Of a stretch of DNA of 64,000 nucleotides, positions 40,331-54,190 are shown one piece after another. The DNA is from Tubiluchus corallicola. Taxonomy: Eukaryota > Animalia > Priapulida. The position numbers and the translations under genes are program-made. The stretch is from positions 124,503 through 188,502 of the forward strand of contig JAQGDQ010000454.1 of assembly GCA_030141605.1 (NCBI GenBank). The letters are read 5' to 3'. Position 1 is the stretch's first letter. The number at the start of each line of letters is the position of its first letter. Under the pieces are notes generated by a model. That model saw only the letters and a program-made list of their open reading frames with translations, had not been told where the DNA came from and did not search any database.

Positions 40331-40959
40331 AGACGAGAGAGATGGGAGGGAAAGAGAGACAGAGAAAAAGAGAGAGCGAAAGGCACAGAGAGGAGAAGGG
40401 AGGGAGGGAGGAAGAAAGAGAAACAGAGAGAGAGAGTGAGCAGCGAAACAGAGAGAGCGAGAGTTTTTTCTCGAATGACCGTACCCACACCTATCACACA
40501 AAAAAGAACTTCAGATCTTTTGAGAAAACAGGACTCAGGGTAAACTCCAAAGTCTAAATAAGAAATGTAATTATTTAATACATTAAAATACTTTGAAAAT
40601 ATTTAAAATATTTAATATATAAAAAATGTTTGAAAATCAAAAAATAAAATTAATTAACTTGATTAAGAAATACAATAATTTTGATATAATGTTATAACTT
40701 ACATTTTTATTGCCCAGCAAAAATTGCTCTATCTTTTGTAAAAATATTTGCTAAAAGATTTTTGAAATTCAGAAAAGTATGATTATAACAAAATGAGTTA
40801 TTGAGAGTGAAAATGTCTCAACAGTTTATTGATAGAAACCGCGAGCAACGTCTTATATAAACATTTGTCTGTCTTTGCGTGCGCAGCAACATGAGACCCA
40901 AAATGTTTCTTTTCACATGTTAAGTTTTCTTATTCTGTTTAACGCTTGTGGCTGATTGT

Positions 40960-41477
40960 CAGTGGAGACTCGTAGCTAAAATTAGTGGGCGTGGTGTTTC
41001 AGAAAATTTTTAGCCATTGTTTTAATACTGACTAAAACAACACAAACATATGTAATTTTAATGTTGTAATTTGTAGTTGTAATTTTAAACAAACAATCAT
41101 GTGAAAGTTTATACATAAACTTCATAAAATCTTAAACAAAAATATTTTTTGCTTAATAACAGTCTGAATTGTCATAGTTCAAGCCTGATCCATTCACGGT
41201 AAGCACGTGACAACTGGCAACAAACTGTGTGAGCGACAGTACTTTCTCTACCTGGGCTCAGACATGCTGCATGTGCACAACAGCCAAACACCACGTTGCT
41301 GGAGAGCACTGTGCGTGGCTGTGAAGCAAACAGTACTACCCTCACGTGCTCTGGTCCCGTATAAGGAAAGAACAGTTACTAAAGAAAAAAGACTTATTAT
41401 GTTGAATATTATTGATAATATCGAGTGAATTTAGGGTGTACTGCAGTTCCACGGTTCCTATACACGAGCCGCCACTG
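40960..41477. mobile_element. hAT-type MITE family B (TIR CAGTGGCGGCTCGT)
   Basis: 8-bp TSD CTGATTGT; other copies ~6719-7250, 13727-14524, 14560-15011, 38395-38892, 49890-50396, 63600-64000. Confidence 0.88.
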
Positions 41478-41489
41478 CTGATTGTTAAG

Positions 41490-42240
41490 CAAATGTGATT
41501 TTGGCGATGAATAGATTGTTTGTTTGATGCAGGTAACTGAAAACCAATCCTTGTTAAACGTTTCCATTGACTGTGTGTTTCACTGAAGGGCAAATGAATA
41601 CAATGGCGCCGATCAACATGACACAAAAGTGGCAATGTTCATCAGTTTTTACGAATTTTGAAACAGATATTTCCGTGTGGTTCGTTCATTAGAAAGCTTG
41701 ACTAATAACAATGGAGTATGTAATTTAGCTCTGACTGTTTTACAGTAGGTATCGGAATTCATCAAGGTGGAAAATTGTCTCCACTGTTATTCAACTTATA
41801 TTTTAAAAATCTTAGAGGTCAACATGCTAACTCAGGTGTGGGTTGTCATATTGCTGAAGCCCGCATTAATCACTTGATACACGCTGACGACTATGACTTC
41901 TAGCAAAAACCTCGGCAGGTTTGGAGACACTGCTAGATATTTTTTTATAAATTTGCTATCGAATGTGAATAAGACTAAACTTGTCACGTTTCGCCCTGCC
42001 TACATGCAGCAGTTTACTTTTGGGTCTATTGTTTTACAGTGTAAAAGATTTGTGCCTAGTAAAGAAGAAAAATTTCTGGGTTATTATTTTATCGGAAGAC
42101 AATGGAGATGATTTAGATATATTACGACAATGCTCAATTTACTGTGGCAGAGCAAATAAAGTAATAAAGTACTGCAAAAGTTTACTCGCTATTCAGTTAA
42201 CATGAAGAGACAATTGTTTAGTGCAATAATTGTAACAGAA
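41490..42240 (+). pseudogene. Decayed LINE reverse transcriptase (RTE-X-like)
   Basis: Frameshifted remnants GIHQGGKLSPLLFNLY (~41756-41800), SGVGCHI, NHLIHADD (~41868-41891) and KFLGY (~42070). Confidence 0.75.
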
Positions 42241-42620
42241 CTACGTTAATATACAATTGCTTGGTATAGTCAGAGAAAAACTTACAAATATAGTTACAAT
42301 AATTGTAAGAGAACTACGTTAATACATTATTACTTGGTATAGTCAGAGAAAAACTTACAAATATAGTTACAATAATTGTAACAGAACTACGTTAATACAT
42401 TATTACTTGGTATAGTCAGAGAAAAACTTGCAAATATAGTTACAATAATTGTAACAGAACTACGTTAATACACTATTACTTGGTATAGTCAGAGAGAAAC
42501 TTACAAATATAGTTACAATAATTGTAACAGAACCACGTTAATATACTATTACGAGGTATAGTCAGAGAAAAACTTACAAAAATAGTTACAATAATTGCAT
42601 CAGAACTGTGTTAATATAGT
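42223..42620. repeat. 73-bp tandem repeat, ~5.5 units
   Basis: TTACAATAATTGTAACAGAACTACG... with a period of 73. Confidence 0.9.
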
Positions 42621-43649
42621 TACTAAACTACATGATACTTTAACAACCACAAAATAGTTGCTTTATTGTGGTCAAGAAGAAAAGCTTGTGAAACCATCAT
42701 GACACTTGGTAAAAAACCGATAAGTTATTAAGAAAAACAATTTATAGAAAAAACAGAGAACAGCAAAGATAAGGGGTCAATTTCTTTGTTATACAAGTTT
42801 ATCGTCTTTATCCTTATTCGCAACTTTAAATGTTAAATTTAGTCTTACTTAACGAAAAAAACGAGTGACAATTTATAAATTTCCTCAAGTTTCGGTTTCA
42901 AACAAATTTTAAAAATATGGCTAATGCAGATACTTTGTGAAATCGTGATGTAGGCTTATTTAAACAACAAATAAAACAGCTAGTGCCCGTCTAGCTAGCG
43001 GATGGTGAAATGCAGGCGCTAGTGCCCGTCTAGCTAGCGAATGGTGAAATGCACGTGGCGGTGAAGAACTAGTGGCGCGAACGCGAAATTGCGTTTGTGT
43101 GGTAATTGTGCTTTCACGTAAGACATTTTTGAAAAAATAGCGCGTTTCCTTTCAATATTTTAAAGAGTTTATACGTCATTTTGTAAAATAAATCAATATA
43201 TTTTGAAATCTTCATCATTTGACTGAACACAAATATTAAGATTCAAAGATACTGTAACCCATTAATCTGGACTTCATCTCTTACCATCGATTCTATCGTC
43301 TTCCTCATTTATTCAAGATAAGCAGATTGTTTCCCGGAAAATGACGGAAAGTTCAATAAAAATCGCTTCAACTAGTCCAAGACTCGAAATTATTTCTACC
43401 GCATTTCTTAGAGTAATGTCAACCAGGCGGAATAATTGAGTCTGTCTGTCGGATAAAGATGAGTACATTACGTACAAATGTGTGAGAATAGCTAACGTCT
43501 TCCTTTTGTTGCTACCGAGTGAAGAAAGCGTCACTGTTTCTTTACTTGCTACTTCATATAGGGCCAATTTGATGTTCTTTTAGGAAAATGTATGACTTGT
43601 ATGCTCTGATATGGCGTTAACGTGGACGAATAACAATGCTATGTTTACA

Positions 43650-44085
43650 TAATTGCAGCAATGCTATGTTGATATAATTGCGATTTTGAATAGCGATGCT
43701 ATGTTGATATAATTGCAATTTTAAATAGCGATACTATGTTGACGTAATTGCAATTTTGAATAGCGATGCTATGTTGATATAATTACAATTTTGAATAGCG
43801 ATACTATGTTGACGTAATTGCAATTTTGAATAGCGATGCTATGTTGATATAATTACAATTTTGAATAGCGATACTATGTTGACGTAATTGCAATTTTGAA
43901 TAGCGATACTATGTTGACGTAATTGCAATTTTGAATAGCGATGCTATGTTGATATAATTACAATTTTGAATAGCGATACTATGTTGACGTAATTGCAGTT
44001 TTGAATAGCGATGCTATGTTGATATAATTGCAATTTTGAATAGGGATGCTATGTTGACGTAATTGCAATTTTGCATAGCGATGCC
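43650..44085. repeat. 35-bp minisatellite, ~12 units
   Basis: AATTGCAATTTTGAATAGCGATRCTATGTTGAYRT. Confidence 0.92.
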
Positions 44086-45483
44086 ATATTGCCATCATCA
44101 TCATCATCAGTGGGTGTCATTCTACAGCTGCAGTTGCATATATTGTATCAAATTTGTATATTTAATTGACTATTTTGCAGTTTAGTGAAGAAAATAAATA
44201 TAAAATAAATATTATATCTATATAATATATAAAATAATATATATATATATTAGATGCATATATATAATATTATACCTTATCATATCAAGAAAAATATATA
44301 TAAATACATATACAAGATTCGTAATATTTTATTTATCCATGGGGTGTTTAATCACATTCATTGTTAATATCAACACAGAGTTCGTGCACACAGTTCAAGT
44401 TTTTGAATCAAATCAAGTCTTAAAATTTTAAACAAAGTAGTACCGAAGTTTCATTGTCGGACAAAGTTAATGTCTGCAGGCCAAAAATTACCTAAAAACA
44501 TTGACCAATAAGGTCAATTTTGTTGCAGGTCGAAATCCACCAACGATAAGATGAAAACTGAATCAATTGGATGATAGACATAATAATCCGTTTATCCGTT
44601 TCACTAACTAGAGACTCCTAATCCCATTATTCCAGCACAGATCTTTACCTGGTACAGATTTTTTAACAAGGTCTTCAACCTGTGCAGATAGCATCTTAAA
44701 AGCTTATTGGGCAAATTTAAAAGGCATCACAAGTTTCTTTAAAACTAAATGATGATGGCGATAATCCGCCTACTTGTTATTTCCATGTATTTTTTTCTTT
44801 TGCTGTGCATTTTATTTACAATTGTCAAGTCTAATAAGTCTAAAGAAATTTAAAAAAGTCTAAAAAAGATTAAAGAAATGTAAAAGATGTTATAAGACCA
44901 ACAGCTCAAATAAGGTCAAAAACAAAATTATGATTTTTTACTTTTTACAATATGGATAAGATAGAATAAATCATTATATTACAGAACGAGCCTTTTCACA
45001 GTTCTAGCGATTGATGATGACCGTGAGAAGGTCAAAGGTTAATTGTACCAGACAACGCGTTTGTGTACACTTGACAATGCCTTGCTATTTTAATAGTAAT
45101 TAAGAAAAGGGACGAATGCTAACTATAGAACCTTACGTAGTTCATTTTTTCTTGTTCCCAAGTAAGATCCTGCTAGTAAATCACTCTAAGCACAGACTAA
45201 TGCGTAATTAAATAAAGTCAACGTAAAAAAACAACTGAAGTTACAGAACTGGGTCTTGCTTTACACACACATGTCACGTGACGGTTGTAGCTAAGACGCG
45301 TTATTGTGGTACACTTAGCCTTTGACATACAGCAGCTACTCGTGCGCACAACAAAACCGTGAAAATGCTTATTAATGGGAAAACAAGTGATGTGCGTGTC
45401 AGAAATTAAATATCATTTAAGAATATAAACATAATGTAAGTATTGCGTTATAATTAAGAGAAATGCAGTAGAAATCCCTTTAA

Positions 45484-45996
45484 AGGAAAACCGGATGATT
45501 GTTTAGACTCAATCTCATTTTAATTTACTGTCCGAAATATACGTTTTCTTGCCCATGAAAGTTAACAGTTGTTCCTTATATTTGAATAATTAGTTTAGAA
45601 AGTTAATTAACGGCAACCGAACCATGCTAATGCGGCGTCTTCACTTGCGCGTCAAGCTCGTTTGCATAGGTGTTACAGTACTGCTTAAACGCATGATGTC
45701 ACGAAAAATGGGCTCTACATCATATGACGTCAGAAACTAACACTGCAGTTCATGATCATGGTTATCACGGTTACCGCCTTCTATTTGTCGGCCACGCGAA
45801 TGTGACAAAAAGCCACCGTTGCCGATCTTAGTAGGTTCATTAAGCCGCGCGTAGCTTTGAAAGTTTAACGAAATTTGAGTATCCGAGGTAATTATTATTT
45901 AATCCAAGCTTTGATTAAAAAAAAGCTATTGTAGTTTTCAATATTTTAGAGCATTCCTTATTCTGAACTAATGTTTACACAATCATCCGGTCTCCT
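45484..45996. mobile_element. Kolobok-like MITE (TTAA target, TIR AGGAAAACCGGATGATTGT)
   Basis: Terminal inverted repeats and TTAA-like flanks; second copy inverted at 46985-47519. Confidence 0.75.
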
Positions 45997-46984
45997 TTTA
46001 AGAAAAAAACTAGTGGTGCTAAAAAGAAGAACTGTCGAATGCTTGTTGAAATATAATGTGAAAAGAAAAATTTGACCAGTTAAATAAAAACATCCTACAT
46101 GAATTAATTAGCAACATTTCAAGTAACTGGCTTAATCGTCAACAAACTTGAGAATTTTTTCATCTACTTAATATACCAATAGCCCAAAACAGTGTATGTT
46201 TTTAATTAAACTAACACTGATTGTCTGTCTTTTTTATTATGATGGCCAATGTTTTTAAAAAAGCAAAATGAAGATTATACTACATCTATTACTACATAGT
46301 TTGATTGCATCTACAATCACAACAGAGTATCGTATTGGTATATCACTATCGTATATAACGTATTGGTATATCACTTACTGCTCTCATTTCTGGCAAGCAC
46401 AATGTTTATTATGTTATCATCTATCTTTAGTAAGTTATTTAATTCGAAACAGTTGAAAATGTAGCAACTCTTTATACTCTGTATTGACTGTAATCAGATT
46501 ATATTTTTTGTAGGTGTAAAAAGTCTCGGTGCTGGTGACGAGTTACTCGAAACGTTGTTGACAATTTTGTGTGGATTTATATGAAGCGGCGTGTCAGATT
46601 TTGTTGTCATGTATCGTTGGGACATAGCTTAATCTGATATACTGATATGAGCCAAAATAATCTTGACGCACTGACATTGAGGAATAGTATCTGCAAGAGC
46701 ATTATTTTGTTTGCTTAGTTTTTTTAATTATGAAAAGAAATTTACATATACTCTTTCCAAAGTTGTGCAATCACTGCTAACTATTTGAAAAACATGGAGT
46801 CAATTAAATATGACAGTATAATTGCTGTTTAGTTCAGAGGGTTTACTATTAAAATGAGATCTTTGTGATAGCCTGCACTGGTAGTAAAAAAACATTAAAG
46901 GAAAACATGATGAGTTTTCATATACCACCTCATAAAATGTTTAATTCTATGTTTCAGGAGACTATCAAAGTGCTTAATTCTTAA

Positions 46985-47519
46985 GAGAAAACCGGATGAT
47001 TGTGTAAACATTAGAATAAATAATGCTCTAAAATATTAAAAACTACAATAGCATTTTTTAACCAAAGCTTACATTAAATAATAATTACCTCGGATACTCA
47101 AATTTTGTTAAACTTTCAAAGCTACTCGTGGCTCAGTGAATCTACTAAGATTTTCAACGGCGCCTTTTTGTCACATTCGCGTGACTGACAAATAGAAGGT
47201 GACACCGTGATAACCATGATCATGTACTGCTGTGTTAGTTTCTGACGTCATATGACGCAGAGCCCATTTTCGTGTTTAAGCAATACTGTAACTCTTCCGC
47301 AAACGTGCTTGACGCGCAAGGAAAGCTGCCTACCATTGCACAAACTGTTAGTTTCTGACGTATGCAATAGCAATAGCTGTGTTCGGTTGCTGTTAATTAA
47401 CTTTCTAAGCTAATTATTCAAATATAAGAAACAATTGCTAACTTTTATAGGCAAGAAAACGTATATTTTGGGTAGAAAATTAAAATGGGATTGAGTCTAG
47501 ACAATCATCCGGTTTTCCT
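46985..47519. mobile_element. Kolobok-like MITE, inverted copy
   Basis: TTAA|GAGAAAACCGGATGATTG...CAATCATCCGGTTTTCCT|TTAA. Confidence 0.75.
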
Positions 47520-48699
47520 TTAATAAATAATAATAATTAATTCTATGTTCTCTCACCTTGACGCTATTACAAATGTCTTTAAAAACCTGCAAATTTTATA
47601 CGCAGTTTAAAGAAATAGAGCACTTCTAAAATTATTATTTTGTTAAAAAAGACATGCGGTGGCAAATTAGTCTCTTATCTCACAGATATCTAAATCTAGA
47701 TTTTACTGTTTCTTTCATTTTGTACTTTATATTTTCTTGGTGTGTTTGTTCTACTACACATATTGTATGAATATATGTAAGGTGGCAGCATCGTTGTAAC
47801 ACTGTATTTTCACATGTATATATGAAAGGTCAGTGACTATGACATGACGACCCAGGCAAAGTTCCCAATGCCCTCTACATATATATATATAGTTACTAAT
47901 TTTGTAAGGGTTTACGAAGCAGTAGAGAAATCAAATAAGATAAAAATATAACGAGAAACCCCTCACTTCGGGCATGTTGTAATGCAGCTGGGGCAAGTTG
48001 AAACGGTGGTAATTGTTTCATTTGGCAAAATAAGAATTTTCACATTTCCAGTGACTGATGGTGATGGTGAAAAGGTCAAAGGTTAAATGTACCAGACAAT
48101 GCATTTGTGTTCACTTGACAACACCTCGCAGTAACAGTTACTTTTATAGTGTTGAGTCTTATTTATTTAAACTGTTAATTATACTGAATATCAATGTTAA
48201 TATATTTTATATTATGAAATTATAATTTCATTTACATTCCATTTTGAGTTTTAGTGCTCATATAGACCACGATCGTATGTGTAAATGTTTCATATAGAAG
48301 ACTTTTGCTATGCCAATTTTGTAGGTTAGCTTTTTATTATTATTTACAACATTTCGATACTTTGGGTACTACACTTCCCATATTATTATAATAATGGTGA
48401 GATATTTTTTGTAGCCCTAATTACTCGAGCTAATAATTTACTATAATTTATTATTTTATAGATTAAATGATGGTATTAAAAATTAAAAATCTTTTTTTTT
48501 CTATTTCACACTACGAGATTGTTAATTCAGATAAAATTAAAATGGTTAATGAAAATTACAAATTCATTTCATTAAAATCTGCAATACAAATGAGCGTCAA
48601 AAATACAGTGATATAAAGTAGCTACAAAAGGAACACATTTCGATAATAAAATAAAACATTAAAAATTAAATTGAGGAACCACAAAGACAACATAAAAAT

Positions 48700-48900
48700 G
48701 ATATTCTTATGTTGAAACGTTTCAAATGAACCTCGGCTATCGTCAGTCTACATAACTGCCGTGACTTATAAAGCAATGTACTATTAAATACCTCAGATAA
48801 ATGACCATATGGGTTGGATTTTTGCTTTATAGGTCACAGCAGTTGTGCTGACTGATGACAAGCGAGGTTTGCTCGAAATGTTTCAAAAAAATGTTGAGAC
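48700..48900. ncRNA. Inverted repeat with a hammerhead-like motif in each arm
   Basis: + strand 48852-48884 CTGATGA-CAAGCGAGGTTTGCT-CGAAATGTTTC; - strand 48714-48748 CTGACGA...TGAAACGTTTC. Confidence 0.5.
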
Positions 48901-49272
48901 TTTTTTCATTGTCCTTGGCATTTCTCTTCTTAGTAAATTTAAAATTCTCAACCAGCAAAAATTTGTTTAAAACTCCAATAACTTGAAGTAAATACAGAAT
49001 TCTTCACTTCAAAGTGTTCTTCATGTACAAGCGATTTCATTTACATTTCCTAACAAAATAGACGGAAGTTTAATTATTCTCATCTTCAAATTCTTTTGTG
49101 AAACGTGAGGCTAAATTAAAGGTGAAACGAATAACTGACATTGTTTGTGCTCACCCGCTGAAGTTAGACAATTTGGAGCTCGATGGATAATTAGTGGGTG
49201 ACCACCAGAAAAACTAGTTCATTCTTAAGATTCATTAAGAAACTAAATATGTTTCCATAATCAGTTATAACG

Positions 49273-52200
49273 CTATCCTGTTTTTGCAGAACGCTGGTTA
49301 TAAGAATGTGGAGTATAAACATATGGTTGATACTCCTTTGCGGTTTGCAGGAATGGATATTTTACTTCCTTAAATGACGTCACGGGTGGTTTTTGCTTCA
49401 GTTGTTGTTTTTGTTGTTGTGGCTGTTGTTGTTTCTGCTTCTGGTTCAAAACATTCTTGTAAACACGCCCTGGATATTCCTGGACATTGGTCTGGGAAGG
49501 ATGTCTCAAAACGTTCTGCGTCAAAGGAACCTGTGTCTTTTGTAGCTGACCATGTTGTTGAGATTGCAGTTGCCTGAGTTGTTCGAAGTGATTAAACGCA
49601 TTTCTGATCAGTGGTTGTTGCTGAACTGGGATATGTTCCCTGACGATATCGGGAATAATCCCCTCTCGGTCATCAATGTCCAGCTCTCCGTGTACATAGC
49701 GCTTCAACACATCCTGACCATCAAGCGGACGTGATTGATGGTGTCCATAGACTCCAGGAGATTGTTGGTCTTCGTTTTTCTTTTCATACTCATCTGGGTA
49801 GATATGAACCACATAAAGACGTGACGGATCACCTACAGTGAAACAAAAAAACGTGTTTTACCTTTATTTTTTATTATTACAATTATTATCAGTGGCGGTT
49901 CGTGTATAGGTACTGTGGAACTGCAGTACCCCCCATTTTCACTCAATATTATGGGTAATATTCAATATAATAAGTCTTTTTTCGTTAGTTCTTTCTTTAT
50001 ACTTGTACGGAACCAGAGCACGTGAGGGTAGTACTGTTTGCTTCACAGCCCAGCACAGTAGCTCCAGCAAAGTGGTGTTTGCCTGTTGTGCGCATGCGAG
50101 AATGTGCATATGTCTGAGCCCAGGTAGAGGAAGTATTATCGCTCACACAGTTTGTTGTCAGTTATCACGTGCTTACCGTGAATGAGTCAAGCTTGAACTG
50201 CGACAATTTAGGCTATTAGTAAGCAAAAAACCCTTTTTTAGGATTTTATCAAGTTTATGTATAAACTTTCACATGTTTGTTCGTTTTAAATTACAATTAC
50301 AACATTATAATTACGTATGTTTGTTTAGTATTAAAACAATGGCTAAAAATTGTCTGAAGCAGCACCCCCACTAAGTTTAACTTTGGGCCGTCACTGGTTA
50401 TTATTAATATTAATATCAATGACATTACAACCCTCCAGGGTGGGCCACTCACTAACCAAAAACATATTTTTAATCTGATTGACAAAATGCAGTAATTTTA
50501 AATTTTTCTGAGTTAGTGACATGTGCGCTACGCATACTCTGATTATTTTTTCAAACTTTACAGAACGTTATACAAACTTTTTTCAAATGATTTATCGTCA
50601 AAATGGCTGCATCTAACGGCCATCGCTGGAATTTACATTTACACGTTTTATACAGCGTTACTGCCGACACAAGTCCTGTATGCAAAAAGGCAATACGTAA
50701 TTGGTGTAAAATTTCAAGACGAATTTCTTAAGCTTTGTGTAAGTGGAGGGTTTTCTTGTGATATAAGAAGCTGTATTAAAAACAAACTTAGAAGAAACAT
50801 TACAATTACTTATTTAAAAAAAATTAAAAACAAAATGTCAACACTAGAACAATGATAATAACAAAAATTACGTAAAGTAGCTCTTATGATTGTTTCATTT
50901 CTTATTTTCCTGTTCTTAATCTGTTTGCATGCAAAGTCATTTTTGATTGGGACTGATTAATAATAGAAAGTTTATCTATGTACCCTAATAAGATTTTCTT
51001 TAATGTACAAAGCTGTTCAATTCCTTTAACTTTATTTTTAAACACTTAGCTATTTGTTACTGTATCAATTTCTTTACTGGTCTACGTAATCATGACCTAT
51101 TTGGCCTTTGTAAATACATAATTAGGGCTTAAGTTACTTTATCAATTTCTTTACAGGTCTGCTTGTTCATGACATATTTGGCTTCTCTTAACTACTTAGT
51201 TAGTGCCTAAAGGCTCTGCCTATATAAACTGGTTGTATGTTTGTAAATTTACCACTGATGATGACAGCAGCAGCTTGTTAAAACCTTTGGCATGGTTTTA
51301 ATTTAACTTAATGTAACTTACATTTTAATGCAAAAGTTTTAATAAAGTTGTGTTGTTTTTAACTATAAAAGTCATTTTTGTTTTTTATTTAGTTTTCGTC
51401 TTCTTCTTTATGTTGCTTTGTTATTCAGCTTACAATTCCCTATGGCTCTATATAAAATGCTGTTTTTTCATAAAAGTTACCTGGCCATCCTGGAAGGCCC
51501 GGATGTCCTGGTAGGCCCAATAGGCCTAGCGGTCCTGGAGGTCCGGAAGAGCCTGAGCTACCTGGTGGCCCAGGTGCACCAGATGGCCCTGAAGGTCCCG
51601 ACGGACCTGATGGTCCTGATGCTCCTGAAGGGCCCGGTGGACCCGAGGGACCTGGAAGAAAAATAAGTAGGTATAAGCTACTTGCTCTGTTGCAATTTCT
51701 ACTTGACGTTGTTTCTTTGTTTCAACACTTCGTTGCTGTTATAGTTATTAATCATGGAAAGTTTTCTGGTGATTTCTTTTTTTTTGAAAGAAAACAACCT
51801 CAGCAACCATGTCCCAATGGCAATGTTCAATAATCATCATGATTTTTTAACTAAGTCCCTGTGACAAATTTCTATAGCCATCGTGATATCTCAACCTCTC
51901 ACGGAGAAATGTTCTATAACAATTGCGATGTCTGGGACCTTGTTACAATGATACTGTTCTATACTGATTGTGATTTCTGGAACAATGTCACAGTAAAATG
52001 TTCTGTAACATTGTAATCTCTGCGATGGATCATGCCGCTGTGATACTGTTCCATAGTAAATGTGATCTCTACAACGAGTTCTAGATCACCCATAGCAAAG
52101 TATTAATGGGCGGCCGGTAACATGACCCATAACCATGACCCAGTTCCTTTGCCACTAACTGCCAAGTCTCCTAGTCTTACTGTCACTAATTGTCAAGTCT

Positions 52201-52813
52201 CCTAGTCTCTCTGCCACTAACTGCCAAGTCTCCTAGTCTTTCTGCCGCTAACTGCCAAGTCTCCTAGTCTCTCTGCCACTAACTGCCAAGTCTCCTAGTC
52301 TCACTGCCACTAACTGCCAAGTCTCCTAGTCTCTCTGCCACTAACTGCCAAGTCTCCTAGTCTCTCTGCAACTAATTGCCAAGTCTCCTAGTCTCTCTGC
52401 CACTAACTGCCAAGTCTCCTAGTCTTACTGTCACTAATCGTCAAGTCTCCTAGTCTTACTGTCACTAATTGTCAAGTCTTCTAGTCTCACTGTCACTAAT
52501 TGTCAAATCTCCTAGTCTCTCTGCCACTAACTGCCAAGTCTCCTAGTCTCTCTGCCACTAACTGCCAAGTCTCCTAGTCTCTCTGCCACTAACTGCCAAG
52601 TCTCCTAGTTTTGTTTTCAACCAGGTCATGTTAGACTAAGATATGAGTAGAGGTTGATTATTATTTTTAGCTGAAACAATATACAAGCTACTTACAAATG
52701 ATTTCAACTTCACAGTTAACCAGTTCCACAGAAAACAAGAAAACGAGGAAACCAGCGTTTATTGCTAATTTCCGAATTATTGTCTTGTTTGTAGCACATT
52801 TGCTGCCGCTCAT
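49273..52813 (-). CDS. Secreted collagen-like protein, paralogue 2 (~282 aa), lacking the acidic domain
   Basis: Exons 52696-52813 ([39 protein letters not shown]), 51481-51651 (collagen) and 49273-49832. All have canonical splice sites and join in phase 1 (849 nt in total). The first exon donor GTGAGT is next to 53971. Confidence 0.85.
51481..51651 (-). CDS. Paralogue 2 collagen exon (171 nt)
   Basis: [18 protein letters not shown]...[16 protein letters not shown]; TTCCAG acceptor, GTAACT donor; missed by the ORF track. Confidence 0.9.
52150..52608. repeat. 31-bp minisatellite, ~15 units, in intron of paralogue 2
   Basis: GCCACTAACTGCCAAGTCTCCTAGTCTCTCT. Confidence 0.92.
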
Positions 52814-53674
52814 TTTGACTGGAAAAAAGATATATTTTTAGTTAATGTCATCGATTGAGTGCCTGGAATTGCTTTTTAATTTTAACGAAAATTACACATT
52901 ATTTTTACAAACTTCTTACATCAGCGTAAACGTGCTCATTTTTGGATAATTATTTTGCTGTTATTTCAAAGCATGAAATTTGTTACATAAACGGTTTTCA
53001 TAAAGGCAGACAGAATGATTTTTTTCATATACTTCCCCATTTTCAAGTCAGATAAAAACTATACTTTTAACACAATTTATACTGCAAAAGCGTTTCTGCT
53101 AATTAAATAACAGATTAAAAAGTTAATTAGCGGCGGACAAGCCCAACTATTGATGACATCACAAACTAACATAATTTTCAACAGGAAAAAACCCACGAGC
53201 GTTTTTCTTTATCTGCAAAGACAAAATTTTCTTTACATTTCATGCACATCTTTCAATTTCTGACAGAGTGTCCTTACAGTACACCCATAATTTTTTAACT
53301 CCTTGAAATGCACTGCGTACCCTGTATATAAAAATCATTAGTTTATGAAAAGCGAAAAAAGTAAAAAAAGTAATAAGTAAGTATAGAAGTTACTCCCAGA
53401 CTATCATAAGAAGAACTGAAATAGCAAACGAATTTAAAAATAAATAATTCGGACCAGCCGCAAAGAAACATGGACGTCTATCTGTTCCCGCCAAAACATT
53501 TCAGTTGACTACAGTTAGTACAATATCTGCAAGCGCATCTCAAAATTTATTTTGAAATTTTAATCGCTAATGGCTAACCATCAATTTAATATTTCATTAA
53601 ATAAATTTGACGTCTTTTTTCTTGTATATAAGAAGCACATGCAGGTTACAATATTTCTAATAAAGTTTCCGAAT

Positions 53675-53710
<36 letters not shown>

Positions 53711-53763
53711 TCTATCTTTCTCTCTCTCTTTCTCTCTCTCTCTTCCTCTCTCTCTCTCTCTCC

Positions 53764-53822
<59 letters not shown>

Positions 53823-53970
53823 ACTTTCTCTCTCTCTATCTTTCTCTCTCTTTCTCTCTCTCTCTCTTCCTCTCTCTCTCTCTCTCTCTCTCTCCCCTTC
53901 TCTCTCTCTTTCTCTCTCTCTTGTCTTTTTTCTTTCACAGTTTTCTTAACAAATAAATAAACCAACTCAC

Positions 53971-54190
53971 CGTTTTATTGAACTGTTATGCCTGATGAAC
54001 CTTGCAAATATCACTCCTCGATTTTGAAAACTAACAATGGTGCTGCTACCTCACGCCATCAGAACAGTAACTAATTTGCGAACATTACCGTGCGCCTTTT
54101 ACACGACACGCCACGTGGCCAAGACTCCATGACAGCGGTTGACTTTTTAAACAGAGATAATTACGTAAAGTTTTATCAGTAAAATCTGTT
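53971..54190 (-). promoter_or_regulatory. Putative non-coding first exon and core promoter, paralogue 2
   Basis: Homologous to 35244-35420; palindromic GCCACGTGGC E-box at ~54110. Confidence 0.55.

Noticed and set aside
40173-40557. ER/SL-rich ORFs here and at 53570-53965
   Set aside because: (GA)n/(CT)n microsatellites
43240-43590. 84-aa minus-strand ORF
   Set aside because: TTG start, no recognisable motif, no partner exons identified
43650-44085. 35-bp repeats, and the 73-bp and 31-bp arrays, as CRISPR candidates
   Set aside because: Head-to-tail units with no unique spacers, no cas genes, eukaryotic context
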